From an uncultured Fibrobacterota bacterium (lineage in GTDB: Bacteria > Fibrobacterota > Chitinivibrionia > Chitinivibrionales > FEN-1185): 64,000 bases of DNA. Location: the NCBI GenBank assembly GCA_963729895.1, contig CAVSQB010000005.1:192001-256000 (forward strand), read 5' to 3'. Below are positions 38,255-49,043 of the stretch, in pieces. The notes below the pieces were generated by a model. It saw nothing but the letters and a program-made list of their open reading frames with translations. It had not been told where the DNA came from and searched no databases. Both the position numbers and the translations under genes were made by a program. The number at the start of each line of letters is the position of its first letter. Positions within the stretch are counted from its first letter, which is position 1.

Positions 38255-38773
38255 ATGCAAAGATTGCTTTATCCCGTGCTTCTCCTCCTGCTATCGAGCG
38301 CCGCGGTCCCGGCCCAGCGAACCGACCCCATATTTTACATAGAGCACAGCATCAACAGCAACAAACTGTACTACGAAGTGCGCCGCACTGCATCCGGTTC
38401 CATCGATTGCAAACGGCCGGTGCAGGCCCACTGGATCATGTGGGCCAAAGATTCCACAGGCGGAACACGCGAAGATCTATCCTTGCTGGAAAGCAAAGAA
38501 GCTTACGGTTTTTCGGTGAAGCCCGACTCAATCGCCGGCTGTTTCCAAATGAGGATCGTCAGTTGTTCCGACCGCCCGCTCAAGGTTTTCCTTCGGAACG
38601 ACACGGCCGTCGTTGAAACAACGATTAATGGCCACTCCTGCTCTCTTACAAAGGTATTCGTGAGGGTCGGAGAGCTCACCCTTGTTCACCTTCCCACCGT
38701 CGCCTATGTCGAGTTGTTCGGCAATGATCTCAAGACCGGCCAGCTTCGGATCGAAAAAGTTCGCGGACGGTAG
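38255..38773 (+). CDS. Secreted DUF4833-like protein
   Basis: Signal peptide, FYIEHSINSN-LYYE, HWIMW, REDLSLLE-AYG, YVELFG. Confidence 0.7.
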   Translation: MQRLLYPVLLLLLSSAAVPAQRTDPIFYIEHSINSNKLYYEVRRTASGSIDCKRPVQAHWIMWAKDSTGGTREDLSLLESKEAYGFSVKPDSIAGCFQMRIVSCSDRPLKVFLRNDTAVVETTINGHSCSLTKVFVRVGELTLVHLPTVAYVELFGNDLKTGQLRIEKVRGR

Positions 38774-38943
38774 ATCTTTTGTAGCGCACCTTGCGCGGCG
38801 TTTTCACTCTATGCAGGTTCCCAGCCCTGCCATCTTACAGGTGGCTGGAATGGCCGCTGCTCTTCCATCCGATTCACGCTCCCGATGCAACGCCGTTATT
38901 ATTCCGGAAGTCTAATATTTGTCGACCTCCATAAAGAAGATAT

Positions 38944-38958
38944 CGGTACGGAAATTGC
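38944..38958 (+). promoter_or_regulatory. Sigma54-like -24/-12 element upstream of mdtA
   Basis: CGGTACGGAAATTGC = GG-N10-GC. Confidence 0.4.
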
Positions 38959-39117
38959 GTCTCAATAGTCATTTGGTTTGAGAGATTGTCTTGAGTTCAA
39001 TTATCTCACACGGTTGCGCTAGACCGTGAGGACATTGTTTTGATGCTCATTTTGAGCAGGTTCCAAGTCTTCCAGAAGAAAGGCCTTTATGTTGTTAACT
39101 TATGGTGAATTTGCATC

Positions 39118-40371
39118 ATGACTAACACCAATTCCCCGACAAAAAAACATCGTAGTCCGGCCCGGTTTCTGATCCTGTTGCGGCTGATGGGTCCGGCAGC
39201 AGCAACTCTCGCCGCTCTCATGGTCATCCAGTCGTGCAAACCGCCGTTCCAGTCCGCATCCGGCCGCCGATCCGGCCAAGGAGCAAACCAGCCGGTGTCT
39301 GTGGCCATGGCCGCGGCAAAAAAAGGAAACATACGGATTTTTGTCAACGGAATCGGCTCGGTGGCGGCCCTCAATACCGTCACCATCAGAAGTCTGGTCG
39401 ACGGCAGGCTGATGAGCGTCAATTTCAAGGAAGGCGAAACTGTCGGCAAAGGGAGTTTGCTGGCGGTAATAGATCCGCGTCCATATGAAGCGCTGCAGAC
39501 CCAGGCAACCGGACAGTTGGAGCGCGACCAGGCGCTCTTGGCAAACGCGAGGCAGGACCTCTTGAGGTACGATACGCTGTGGAACCAGAACGCGATTCCG
39601 CGCCAACAATACGATACGCAAAAATCGCTGGTAGCACAGTTGGAAGGCACGGTCATGATCGATCAGGGCGCGCTTGCAAACGCCAAACTGCAAATGAGCT
39701 ATACGCGGATCACTTCGCCGATCAGCGGCAGGGTGGGGTTGAAATTCGTGGACGCGGGAAACATCGTCCATGCTGCGGATGTCAACGGGCTGGCGGTAGT
39801 CACCCAATTGCAGCCGATCACGGTGGTTTTCACTATTCCTGAAGATAATCTTCCCCCTGTTCTTGACAAATTCAGAAAGTCCGAAAGTCTGGCCGTCCTG
39901 GCGTTCAACCGCAGCGATAGTGTGAAGATCGCCGAAGGGCGTCTGCTGGCCGTTGACAACCGTGTCGATACGGCGACCGGCACGGTGCGGCTCAAGGCGG
40001 TTTTTCCAAACAGCGACAACGAACTGTTCCCGAACCAATTCGTCAACGCGCGCCTCCTCCTTGACGTCAAGCACGATGCGGTGATTGTTCCGCAGGCCGC
40101 CGTGCAGCGGGGTCCGCAGGGGACATTCGTGTATCTGGTAAAACAGGACCGGACGGTTGCCGTTGTTCCGGTCACCGCCGGATTGACCGAAGGCGACAAT
40201 ATTTCGATTGACGCGGGATTGTCTGAGGGCGATACCGTGGTGATCGAAGGCGCCGATAAGCTGCGCGAAGGCAGTCATGTGGTATCAATCGCGGCGCCAT
40301 CGGCCGGGCGCTCCGATCACGCATGGCGCTCCGATCATTCCGGGCGTCCTGCGGGCGGGAAAAAGGAATGA
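39118..40371 (+). CDS. mdtA: RND periplasmic adaptor, MdtA/MuxA family
   Basis: [40 protein letters not shown]. Confidence 0.9.
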   Translation: MTNTNSPTKKHRSPARFLILLRLMGPAAATLAALMVIQSCKPPFQSASGRRSGQGANQPVSVAMAAAKKGNIRIFVNGIGSVAALNTVTIRSLVDGRLMSVNFKEGETVGKGSLLAVIDPRPYEALQTQATGQLERDQALLANARQDLLRYDTLWNQNAIPRQQYDTQKSLVAQLEGTVMIDQGALANAKLQMSYTRITSPISGRVGLKFVDAGNIVHAADVNGLAVVTQLQPITVVFTIPEDNLPPVLDKFRKSESLAVLAFNRSDSVKIAEGRLLAVDNRVDTATGTVRLKAVFPNSDNELFPNQFVNARLLLDVKHDAVIVPQAAVQRGPQGTFVYLVKQDRTVAVVPVTAGLTEGDNISIDAGLSEGDTVVIEGADKLREGSHVVSIAAPSAGRSDHAWRSDHSGRPAGGKKE

Positions 40372-43300
40372 ACCCTTCACGTCTTTTTATCATGCGGCCG
40401 GTGGCGACGTCGCTGCTTATGGCCGCCATCCTGCTTGCCGGTGCCGTGGCATACAAGCAGCTTCCGGTTTCGGCCCTGCCGCAGGTTGATTATCCGACAA
40501 TACAGGTGGTGACCTTTTATCCGGGCGCCGGCCCCGAGGTGATGGCCTCGTCGGTCACGGCGCCGCTCGAACGCCAGTTCGGCCAGATGCCCGGCCTGCG
40601 GCAGATGACCTCGGGCAGCTCCGGCGGCAGCTCGGTAATCACGCTCCAGTTCGTATTGGACCTCAATCTTGATATTGCAGAACAGGAGGTGCAGGCCGCC
40701 ATCAACGCCGCGTCGAACCTGCTGCCCACCGACCTGCCCAACCCGCCGGTGTACAACAAGGTGAACCCCGCCGACGCACCTGTGCTCACGCTTGCCCTGA
40801 CATCAAAGACCCTGCCGCTGTCGCAAGTGGAAGACCTCACGGAAACGCAGTTCGCCCAGCGGATTTCACAGGTGTCGGGCGTGGGGCTTGTTTCCATCAG
40901 CGGCGGCCAGCGGCCTGCGGTGCGCATCCGCGTCAACCCGACCGCGCTTGCCTCCTACGGCCTGACCATGGAAGAATTGCGGACAGCCATCTCGGCGGAG
41001 AACGTCAACGCCGCGAAAGGCGGTTTCGACGGTCCGCGGCAATCTTCGATCATCGGCGCAAACGACCAGATTTCGTCAAGTAAAGATTATCGCCCGCTCA
41101 TTGTTGCTTTCCGGAACGGAGCGCCGGTGAGGCTTACCGACGTTGCCGAGGTGGTTGACGACGTGGAAAACGAGCGCCTGGCTGCGTGGACGGACACGAC
41201 CCCGGCGGTGATCGTCAACATACAGCGTCAGCCCGGCGCCAACGTCATCGCGGTTGTCGATCGCATCAAGAAACTATTGCCGCAGCTGCAGGGCGGCCTG
41301 CCCGCGGGAGTTTCGGTGACGATGCTCACCGACCGGACCACAACCATCCAGGCCTCGGTGCGGGACGTGCAGTTCGAACTGATGCTTGCCGTTGCCCTGG
41401 TCATCATGGTGATCTTTCTCTTTCTGCGCACGTTCGCCGCCACGATCATTCCCAGCATCGCCGTGCCGCTCTCGCTTGTCGGCACATTCGGCGTGATGCA
41501 CCTGATGAACTTCAGCCTGAACAACCTCACGCTCATGGCATTGACAATTGCAACAGGATTCGTGGTGGACGACGCCATTGTCATGATCGAGAACATCTCG
41601 CGGTACATTGAGCAGGGCGACGCGCCGCTCGAAGCGGCGCTCAAGGGCTCGAAGCAGATTGCGTTTACCATCATGTCGCTCACTATTTCGCTCATCGCAG
41701 TGCTCATTCCGCTCCTGTTCATGAGCGACGTGGTGGGCAGGCTTTTCCGCGAGTTTGCCATCACCCTATCGGTTACCATCCTTATTTCGGGAATCGTTTC
41801 GCTCACGCTCACCCCAATGATGTGCGGCAGGATTCTGCGGCACAAAACAGAGTCGGAGCAAGGACGATTCTACAATGCCTCCCAGCGTTTTTTCGACAAA
41901 ATGATCCGCGCCTACGGGGAATCCCTGCAATGGGTGCTTAAGCACCGCAGGCCGGTGCTTCTGAGCGCGGCCGCAACCCTCGTTCTCACCATTCTGCTTT
42001 ATATTTTTGTGCCCAAGGGATTCTTTCCTGTCCAGGATACAGGACTCATTCTTGGAATTTCCGAAGCGCCGCAGCAGGTTTCCTTTCCGGCGATGGCGAC
42101 GAGGCAGCAGGAGCTTTCCCGCGTGATTCTCCTGGACCCGGCCGTGCAAAGCCTTTCAACATTCATCGGCGTTGACGGAACGAATCCCACGCTCAACAGC
42201 GGCAGGATCCTCATCAATTTGAAGCCGCTTAACGTCCGCCACATCAGCGCGAGCGATGTGATCCGCCGCCTGGAACCTGGAGTCGCCGAAGTTGCAGGCA
42301 TTACGCTGTACATGCAGCCTGTCCAGGACCTCACCGTGGAAAGCACGGTAAGCCGCACGCAGTATCAATACAGCCTCGAAGATCACGACCAGAAGGAACT
42401 CGGGATGTGGACCGCGCGATTGGTTGACACATTGAGAAGCATTTCCCAGTTTCGCGATGTGAGCAGCGACCAGCAGAACAGCGGTTTGCAGGCGCAACTC
42501 ACCATAGACCGGGCCACCGCATCGCGCCTGGGCATCACGTCGCAGCTGGTTGACGAGACCCTGTACGACGCTTTCGGACAGCGGTTCGTGTCCACGATTT
42601 TCACCCAGCTCAACCAGTATCACGTGGTGCTGGAGACGCAGCCGGCGTTCCGGGACAATCCTTCAAAGCTGCGGGACATTTATCTGCAGAGCGCAAGCGG
42701 CGGACAGGTGCCGCTTGACGCGATCTCGCAGTATGCCGAGACAACCGGGCCGCTCCTCATCAGCCGCCAGGGACAATTTCCTTCGACAATGGTCTCATTC
42801 AACCTTGCGCCGCATGCGTCCCTCGGCCAGGCCGTACGGTCAATCAAGGCGATTTCCAAACATTTCGGGATGCCCGGAAGCATCATGGCCGGGTTTCAAG
42901 GAGCGGCATTGGCTTTCACCAGTTCATTGACAAACGAGTGGATCCTGATTCTCGCGGCACTCATCACGGTGTACATCGTGCTCGGCGTTCTGTATGAGAG
43001 TTACATCCATCCCGTCACGATCCTTTCAACGCTTCCGTCGGCGGGCGTGGGTGCGCTTCTGGCGCTGTTTCTCTGCCGTACGGAATTTACCATAATCGCG
43101 CTCATCGGCATCATCCTGCTTATCGGCATTGTCAAGAAGAACGGCATCATGATCGTGGATTTTGCCCTGGACGCGCAACGCTCCGAGGGTAAAAGCCCCG
43201 ATGAGGCGATTTATCAGGCGTGCCTGCTGCGGTTCCGGCCGATCATGATGACGACCATGGCCGCGCTCCTGGCCGCGCTTCCGCTTGCCGTGGGAAGTGG

Positions 43301-43472
43301 CGTCGGCTCGGAGCTCCGGCGGCCGCTGGGCATCACCATCATCGGCGGGCTTATTGTAAGTCAAGTGCTCACGCTGTATTCTACGCCTATCATTTATCTC
43401 TGGTTCGAAGGAATCGCGCAGCGGGTCCGGCAGCGGCGCGCCCGCCGCGATGAAACCGGGACCCGGCCATGA
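40368..43472 (+). CDS. mdtB: RND permease MdtB/MuxB
   Basis: [43 protein letters not shown]. Confidence 0.92.
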   Translation: MNPSRLFIMRPVATSLLMAAILLAGAVAYKQLPVSALPQVDYPTIQVVTFYPGAGPEVMASSVTAPLERQFGQMPGLRQMTSGSSGGSSVITLQFVLDLNLDIAEQEVQAAINAASNLLPTDLPNPPVYNKVNPADAPVLTLALTSKTLPLSQVEDLTETQFAQRISQVSGVGLVSISGGQRPAVRIRVNPTALASYGLTMEELRTAISAENVNAAKGGFDGPRQSSIIGANDQISSSKDYRPLIVAFRNGAPVRLTDVAEVVDDVENERLAAWTDTTPAVIVNIQRQPGANVIAVVDRIKKLLPQLQGGLPAGVSVTMLTDRTTTIQASVRDVQFELMLAVALVIMVIFLFLRTFAATIIPSIAVPLSLVGTFGVMHLMNFSLNNLTLMALTIATGFVVDDAIVMIENISRYIEQGDAPLEAALKGSKQIAFTIMSLTISLIAVLIPLLFMSDVVGRLFREFAITLSVTILISGIVSLTLTPMMCGRILRHKTESEQGRFYNASQRFFDKMIRAYGESLQWVLKHRRPVLLSAAATLVLTILLYIFVPKGFFPVQDTGLILGISEAPQQVSFPAMATRQQELSRVILLDPAVQSLSTFIGVDGTNPTLNSGRILINLKPLNVRHISASDVIRRLEPGVAEVAGITLYMQPVQDLTVESTVSRTQYQYSLEDHDQKELGMWTARLVDTLRSISQFRDVSSDQQNSGLQAQLTIDRATASRLGITSQLVDETLYDAFGQRFVSTIFTQLNQYHVVLETQPAFRDNPSKLRDIYLQSASGGQVPLDAISQYAETTGPLLISRQGQFPSTMVSFNLAPHASLGQAVRSIKAISKHFGMPGSIMAGFQGAALAFTSSLTNEWILILAALITVYIVLGVLYESYIHPVTILSTLPSAGVGALLALFLCRTEFTIIALIGIILLIGIVKKNGIMIVDFALDAQRSEGKSPDEAIYQACLLRFRPIMMTTMAALLAALPLAVGSGVGSELRRPLGITIIGGLIVSQVLTLYSTPIIYLWFEGIAQRVRQRRARRDETGTRP

Positions 43473-46400
43473 ACATCTCGGCCCCGTTCATAAAACGGCC
43501 CGTGGCCACCGTTCTCTTGACAACAGGGATTGCAGTCGCCGGGCTGTTCGCCATGCGGCTTCTTCCCGTGTCGCCGCTTCCACAGGTAGACTATCCCACG
43601 ATTTCCGTATCGTCGGCCCTTCCGGGAGCGAGCCCGCAGACCATGGCGACGTCGGTGGCCGCGCCCCTGGAGCGCCAGTTCGGCCACATCGCGGGAATAA
43701 CCGAAATGACGTCCACCAGCTATCTCGGGTCGACGTCCATCACCATGCAGTTCGATTTGAGCCGCGACATCAACGGCGCGGCCCGCGACGTTCAGGCCGC
43801 GATCAACGCGGCGCGGAGCTATCTGCCGAGCAACCTGCCGAGCAATCCGAATTACCGTAAGGTCAACCCTGCCGATGCGCCCGTGCTGATTCTTGCCCTC
43901 ACGTCGGACCTGTCCACCAAGGCGCAGATATATGACGCGGCATCGTCCATTCTGCAGCAGCGGCTTTCCCAGGTGGAAGGCGTGGGCCAGGTGATCGTTG
44001 GCGGAGGCTCTGCCCTTGCCGTCCGCGTGGAACTCAATCCAGGTCTGCTTGCCAGATACGGCATCGGGTTCGACGATGTCCGCACCGCCATCACGAGCGC
44101 AAATGTCAATATCCCGAAGGGCAGGGTGGAGGACGAGGGAAAAGTCTGGGAAATCCACACGAACGACCAAATGTACACCGCCGAGCATTACAAACCCCTC
44201 ACCGTGGCGTTCCGCGGAGGAAGGGCAATAAACCTGGGCGACATCGCGGACGTAAAGGATTCGGTGGAAGATCTGCGCACCATCGGACTCGTCAATGGAA
44301 AACCCGCGGTGCCGGTGATCCTGTTTCGCCAGCCGGGAGCGAATATCATTGCAACTGTTGACAAAGTGTTGAGCCTGCTGCCTCAGCTTTCGGCATCGCT
44401 TCCCGGCAGTGTGAAGATTTCAGTTGCCATGGACCGGTCCACCACCATCCGGGCTTCAATGTCGGACGTGGAACGTACGCTTATCATCTCGGGCATCCTG
44501 GTGATCCTTGTGGTCTTCGGATTTCTGCGCAATGTCCGCTCTGCGCTCATTCCCTGCATTGCGGTCCCGGTGTCCCTCATCAGCACTTTCGGGGTGATGT
44601 ATCTCCTCGGATTCTCCCTCGACAACCTGTCCCTCATGGCGCTCACCATTGCAACGGGGTTCGTGGTCGACGACGCAATCGTGGTTCTGGAGAACGTCAC
44701 CCGGCATCGCGAGCTCGGGCTTGGGCCGGTGGCGGCCGCATTGGCAGGGGCGAAAGAGATCGGCTTTACTGTTTTGTCAATAAGCGTATCCCTTGTCGCG
44801 GTGTTCATTCCCCTGTTGCTCATGGGCGGAATACTGGGCAGGCTTTTCCGTGAATTTGCCATAACCCTTTCCGTGGCCATACTGGTTTCCCTGGTTGTCT
44901 CGCTCACCACGACTCCCATGATGTGCGCGCTGCTGCTCAAGCCCATTAAACAGGAGCGGCACGGCCGCATCTTTACGGCGAGCGAGCGGTTTTTTACCTG
45001 GCTGCACCGCCGGTACGAAACAAGTCTGGCGCTCGCGCTCGAACATCCCCGGCTCATGCTCTTGTTGACAATAACAACATTTGCGGTCAGCATATTTCTG
45101 TATGTCGTGGTACCCAAGGGATTTTTCCCGCAGCAGGACACCGGCCGCCTGATGGCAATGGTTCAGGGCTCCCAGGACATTTCATTTCAGCTGATGAAGA
45201 ACAAGATGACGGCGATTAATGCCATTATGATGCGCGATTCCGCGGTTGAGAGCGCGGTCGCGTTCGGCGGCGGCGGAAACGCAACAATAAATACGGGCAG
45301 GATGTTCGTGGCGCTCAAGGACAGGCGGCAGTCGCATCTCGGGGCCGACCAGGTGATCGCACGGCTTCGCCGGGAGCTTGCGGTTGTGCCGGGCATTCAA
45401 GTGTATTTGCAATCGGTGCAGGACCTGCGCGTGGGCGGAAGGATGAGCGGCGGACTGTATCAGTACACCATTCAGGGAGAAAACCTTGACGAGCTCAATG
45501 ACTGGACGCCACGCCTGGAACAGAAGTTGCGGAGCCTCAAACAAGTCGTGGATGTAAACAGCGATCAGCAGAACAAGGGTTTGCAGACCATGCTCACCAT
45601 AGACCGGCCTACCGCCTCGCGGTTCGGCATCACGCCGCAGCTCATCGACAAAACCCTTTCGGAAGCGTTCAGCCAGGCCCAGGTTTCCATCATGTATGCG
45701 GATTTGAATCAATACCACGTGGTCATGGAAGCTGACCCGAGGTTCTGGCAGCGCCCCGACGACCTCCGCTCCGTTTTTGTCAAGGCACCCAACGGCGCCC
45801 AGGTGCCGCTCAGCGTGTTTACGCGTTTCCAGCCGAAAACGACACTCCTGGCCGTCAATCACCAGGAGCAGTTTCCATCGTCAACAGTGTCCTTTAATCT
45901 GACCCCGGGAGTGTCGATCGGCCAGGCGGCGGAGGCGATCGAATCGGCCACCAGCACCATGGGGATTCCGGCAAGCATTCACCGGGGATTTGCAGGTACA
46001 GCCCAGGTGTTCCAGTCGTCCCTGGCTTCGGAGCCGCTGCTGATCCTGGCCGCGCTCATCGCGGTGTTCATCGTGCTCGGCATGCTGTACGAGAGTCTCG
46101 TGCACCCGCTTACGATTTTGTCAACCCTGCCGTCGGCCGGCGTGGGTGCGATATTGGCCCTGCTGCTCACCGGCACGCCGCTCGATATCATCGGGCTTAT
46201 CGGCATCATCCTGCTTATCGGATTGGTCAAAAAGAACGGCATCATGATAGTCGATTTCGCCCTGAGCGCGCAGCGCAGCGGGAACATGAGCCCGCGCGAC
46301 GCGATTTATCGCGCATGCCTGCTGAGGTTTCGGCCCATCATGATGACGACCATGGCCGCCATGCTGGCCGCCGTTCCGCTGGCCTTGGGAACCGGGGTGG

Positions 46401-46585
46401 GGTCTGAACTGCGGCGGCCTCTCGGCATTGCCATCATCGGCGGACTGATCGTGAGCCAGATGCTTACGCTCTTCACCACCCCGGTAATTTTTTTGTATCT
46501 TGAAAAGGCGAGAACGAAGTTTTCGGCCGGACGCCATAGTCGCGGCGCGTTACCCGGTACGGCACTAGGAAGGGTTTCATCATGA
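43469..46585 (+). CDS. mdtC: RND permease MdtC/MuxC
   Basis: [43 protein letters not shown]. Confidence 0.92.
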   Translation: MNISAPFIKRPVATVLLTTGIAVAGLFAMRLLPVSPLPQVDYPTISVSSALPGASPQTMATSVAAPLERQFGHIAGITEMTSTSYLGSTSITMQFDLSRDINGAARDVQAAINAARSYLPSNLPSNPNYRKVNPADAPVLILALTSDLSTKAQIYDAASSILQQRLSQVEGVGQVIVGGGSALAVRVELNPGLLARYGIGFDDVRTAITSANVNIPKGRVEDEGKVWEIHTNDQMYTAEHYKPLTVAFRGGRAINLGDIADVKDSVEDLRTIGLVNGKPAVPVILFRQPGANIIATVDKVLSLLPQLSASLPGSVKISVAMDRSTTIRASMSDVERTLIISGILVILVVFGFLRNVRSALIPCIAVPVSLISTFGVMYLLGFSLDNLSLMALTIATGFVVDDAIVVLENVTRHRELGLGPVAAALAGAKEIGFTVLSISVSLVAVFIPLLLMGGILGRLFREFAITLSVAILVSLVVSLTTTPMMCALLLKPIKQERHGRIFTASERFFTWLHRRYETSLALALEHPRLMLLLTITTFAVSIFLYVVVPKGFFPQQDTGRLMAMVQGSQDISFQLMKNKMTAINAIMMRDSAVESAVAFGGGGNATINTGRMFVALKDRRQSHLGADQVIARLRRELAVVPGIQVYLQSVQDLRVGGRMSGGLYQYTIQGENLDELNDWTPRLEQKLRSLKQVVDVNSDQQNKGLQTMLTIDRPTASRFGITPQLIDKTLSEAFSQAQVSIMYADLNQYHVVMEADPRFWQRPDDLRSVFVKAPNGAQVPLSVFTRFQPKTTLLAVNHQEQFPSSTVSFNLTPGVSIGQAAEAIESATSTMGIPASIHRGFAGTAQVFQSSLASEPLLILAALIAVFIVLGMLYESLVHPLTILSTLPSAGVGAILALLLTGTPLDIIGLIGIILLIGLVKKNGIMIVDFALSAQRSGNMSPRDAIYRACLLRFRPIMMTTMAAMLAAVPLALGTGVGSELRRPLGIAIIGGLIVSQMLTLFTTPVIFLYLEKARTKFSAGRHSRGALPGTALGRVSS

Positions 46586-48141
46586 GCAAAAAGATGATGT
46601 CTTGCCTCGATACGGCCAACGGCCATTCGGCAAACGGTTCTATTTCCTCACGTCGAGTGGCGAAGCGTATCGAGACAAACGGAATAGTGCTCTTGTTAAG
46701 CATGTCGCTGATGCTAATCTCCGGTTGCGTGGGTCCCAAATACCTGCGCCCGAAAACCGAGGTCCCGGACAATTTCAAGGAAATGCAAGGCTGGAAAACG
46801 GCGCAGCCTCGTGACAGTATATTGCGCGGGGCATGGTGGGAAATATTCAACGATCCCATGCTGGATTGGTTGGAAGAACAAGTCGCTGTTTCGAACCAGA
46901 CCATTGTTGTCGCGGAAGCGCAATACAGCCAGGCGCGGGCGGCGGTGCGCGCAAGCCGGGCAGGATATTTCCCCACGGTCGGGGCGCAAGGTTCGTTTAC
47001 GCGAGGGCAAAAGTCGGGCACCATGCTTAACACAAGCGGCAATGCCAATGCCGGTCCCACGTCTTCTGATTTTCTTCTGAGCGGAGACGTTTCCTGGGAG
47101 CCGGACTTCTGGGGAAGAGTGCGCCGGCTGGCGGAATCAAACAGGGCCGCCGCGCAGGCGAGCGCGGCGGATTTGGAAACGGTTCGACTGAGCGTTCAGG
47201 CCGCGCTGGCGCAAAGCTACTTCCAAGTGCGTATCCAGGATGAGCAAAAGCGCATCCTCGATTCGGCCGTAACTGCGTATCAAGAATTCCTCGATTTGAC
47301 AACCAAACGCTATAAGAGCGGCATTGCCGCGCAGTCCGATATTCTCCAGGCGCAAACGCAGCTCAAGACCACGGCTGCCCAGGCCATCGACGCAGGGGTG
47401 CTGCGCAGCCAGCAGGAACATGCCATCGCTGTTCTTATCGGTAAACCTCCGTCCCTGTTCTCCATCCCGGAAGTGCCGCTGGTTCCCGGCGTGCCGCTCA
47501 TACCGCTCGCCCTGCCCTCCGAACTGCTCGAACGCAGGCCCGATGTTGCGGGCGCGGAACGGCGGGTCGCCGCGGCAAACGCCCAGATCGGCGTTGCCGA
47601 GACGGCGTATTTCCCGAACATCACGCTCGGCGCTTCCGGCGGGTACGAAAGCGGAAGTTTTGCCCAGTGGTTTTCGCTGCCGAGCCTGGTGTGGTCGCTT
47701 GGCGCTTCCGCAGCAGGGACGTTGTTCGATGCAGGCCTGCGCAGGGCTCAGGTCGATGAAGCCAAGGCCGCCTATGAAGCGACCGTCGGGACCTATCGCC
47801 AGACCGTGCTCACCGCATTTGAGGAAGTGGAAGATAATCTTGCAGTGCTACGTATCCTTGAACGGGAAACGCAAGTCGAGGCCGAAGCGGTTACTGCCGC
47901 GCGTCAATCCGTGGTCGTCACCGTCAACCGGTATAATCAGGGAATAGCCAGTGCTCTCGACGTCATCAATACCCAGACCGTCGAACTCAACAACCTGAAA
48001 GCCTCGGTGGTGCTGCTTGGAAACCGGATTTCCGCGGCTTTGCTGCTCATTAAAGCGTTGGGCGGAGGGTGGGAAGTCTCGCAATTGCCCTCGGCAGGGG
48101 ATGTCGCCAAAAAGGAAGACAGGAGCGCCGGGAAGCGATGA
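46582..48141 (+). CDS. Outer-membrane efflux lipoprotein (NodT/OprM family)
   Basis: ISGCVGPKY, WWEIFND, PSELLERRPDV, LIKALGGGW. Confidence 0.92.
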   Translation: MSKKMMSCLDTANGHSANGSISSRRVAKRIETNGIVLLLSMSLMLISGCVGPKYLRPKTEVPDNFKEMQGWKTAQPRDSILRGAWWEIFNDPMLDWLEEQVAVSNQTIVVAEAQYSQARAAVRASRAGYFPTVGAQGSFTRGQKSGTMLNTSGNANAGPTSSDFLLSGDVSWEPDFWGRVRRLAESNRAAAQASAADLETVRLSVQAALAQSYFQVRIQDEQKRILDSAVTAYQEFLDLTTKRYKSGIAAQSDILQAQTQLKTTAAQAIDAGVLRSQQEHAIAVLIGKPPSLFSIPEVPLVPGVPLIPLALPSELLERRPDVAGAERRVAAANAQIGVAETAYFPNITLGASGGYESGSFAQWFSLPSLVWSLGASAAGTLFDAGLRRAQVDEAKAAYEATVGTYRQTVLTAFEEVEDNLAVLRILERETQVEAEAVTAARQSVVVTVNRYNQGIASALDVINTQTVELNNLKASVVLLGNRISAALLLIKALGGGWEVSQLPSAGDVAKKEDRSAGKR

Positions 48142-48250
48142 AAAGGTTCCGTGTGCCGGAATTTCCAACCAGTTTTCCGCTACCGCAAGAGATACTTTGC
48201 ATATTTGAGAAATTGCGATAAAACTTCGAGAATAGCTAGCCGAACGGTCA

Positions 48251-48265
48251 TGGTACGGTAATTGC
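48251..48265 (+). promoter_or_regulatory. Sigma54 -24/-12 promoter
   Basis: TGGTACGGTAATTGC, 65 nt upstream of ATG 48331. Confidence 0.55.
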
Positions 48266-48330
48266 ACATTTGTTGTGGCGGGGTTGTGTTGTCATGCGCG
48301 CCCACGCATCATAAGAGAAAGGCCCCCAGC

Positions 48331-48969
48331 ATGAAGTCGACAGGCAAAACGATTGCGGTAGCGTTACTCGGGTGTTTCATAGCCATGATGTTCGGCTGCG
48401 CCCCCTCCATCAGTCTGGTGGATGTGTGGCGCGACCCATTATATCAAGCTCCGCCATTCGCCAAGATGCTGGTTATTGATATAGGAAAAGACGCAGCCAA
48501 GCGGCGCATCTGGGAAGATGCTTTTACGGGTGAACTCGGCAGGCACGGCGTGGCGGCGACATCATCATACAGGTTTTTCCCCAACGATCCTCCGGATACG
48601 AATCAAGTTATTGCCGTTGCGCAAGCCGACAGCTTCGACGGGATACTGGTTGTTCGTGGCCTGCCTTCCGAAAAGAGTTTGCGGTACGTTCCCGGGTACA
48701 CAACCAAGGAACGTGGCATGAATTGCGATTCCTATTGGGAAAGATATGGGGCCTGTTACCGCGAAATAGACTATGTCGGGTATGTTGACTCCGAAACCGT
48801 GGGGATCCGGGCGATTGACATCGTCACTGCCGGAAAAAACAGCCGGATGATCTGGAGCGCTACGAGCAAGACGCCCGATCCCGATTCGGAGCCCGATCTG
48901 CAACGCAGGATCGCAGGCCTCATAATGTCCGAGCTTATGCGGCAAAACATTATAAGACCAAAGAAGTAA
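48331..48969 (+). CDS. Hypothetical lipoprotein
   Basis: Lipobox-like MFGC, VWRDP, RRIWED, MIWSATS. Confidence 0.78.
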   Translation: MKSTGKTIAVALLGCFIAMMFGCAPSISLVDVWRDPLYQAPPFAKMLVIDIGKDAAKRRIWEDAFTGELGRHGVAATSSYRFFPNDPPDTNQVIAVAQADSFDGILVVRGLPSEKSLRYVPGYTTKERGMNCDSYWERYGACYREIDYVGYVDSETVGIRAIDIVTAGKNSRMIWSATSKTPDPDSEPDLQRRIAGLIMSELMRQNIIRPKK

Positions 48970-49043
48970 CCTCCGGCGTCTTTTTTTTTGCGCCGGTTGA
49001 CTTACCAGAAACCGAGCTGCGGCTTCCGGGCCGCTTTGCTCGG

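Noticed and set aside
40306..40340. Short duplication GGCGCTCCGATCA at the mdtA 3' end
   Set aside because: Two copies in a disordered tail; no evidence of function
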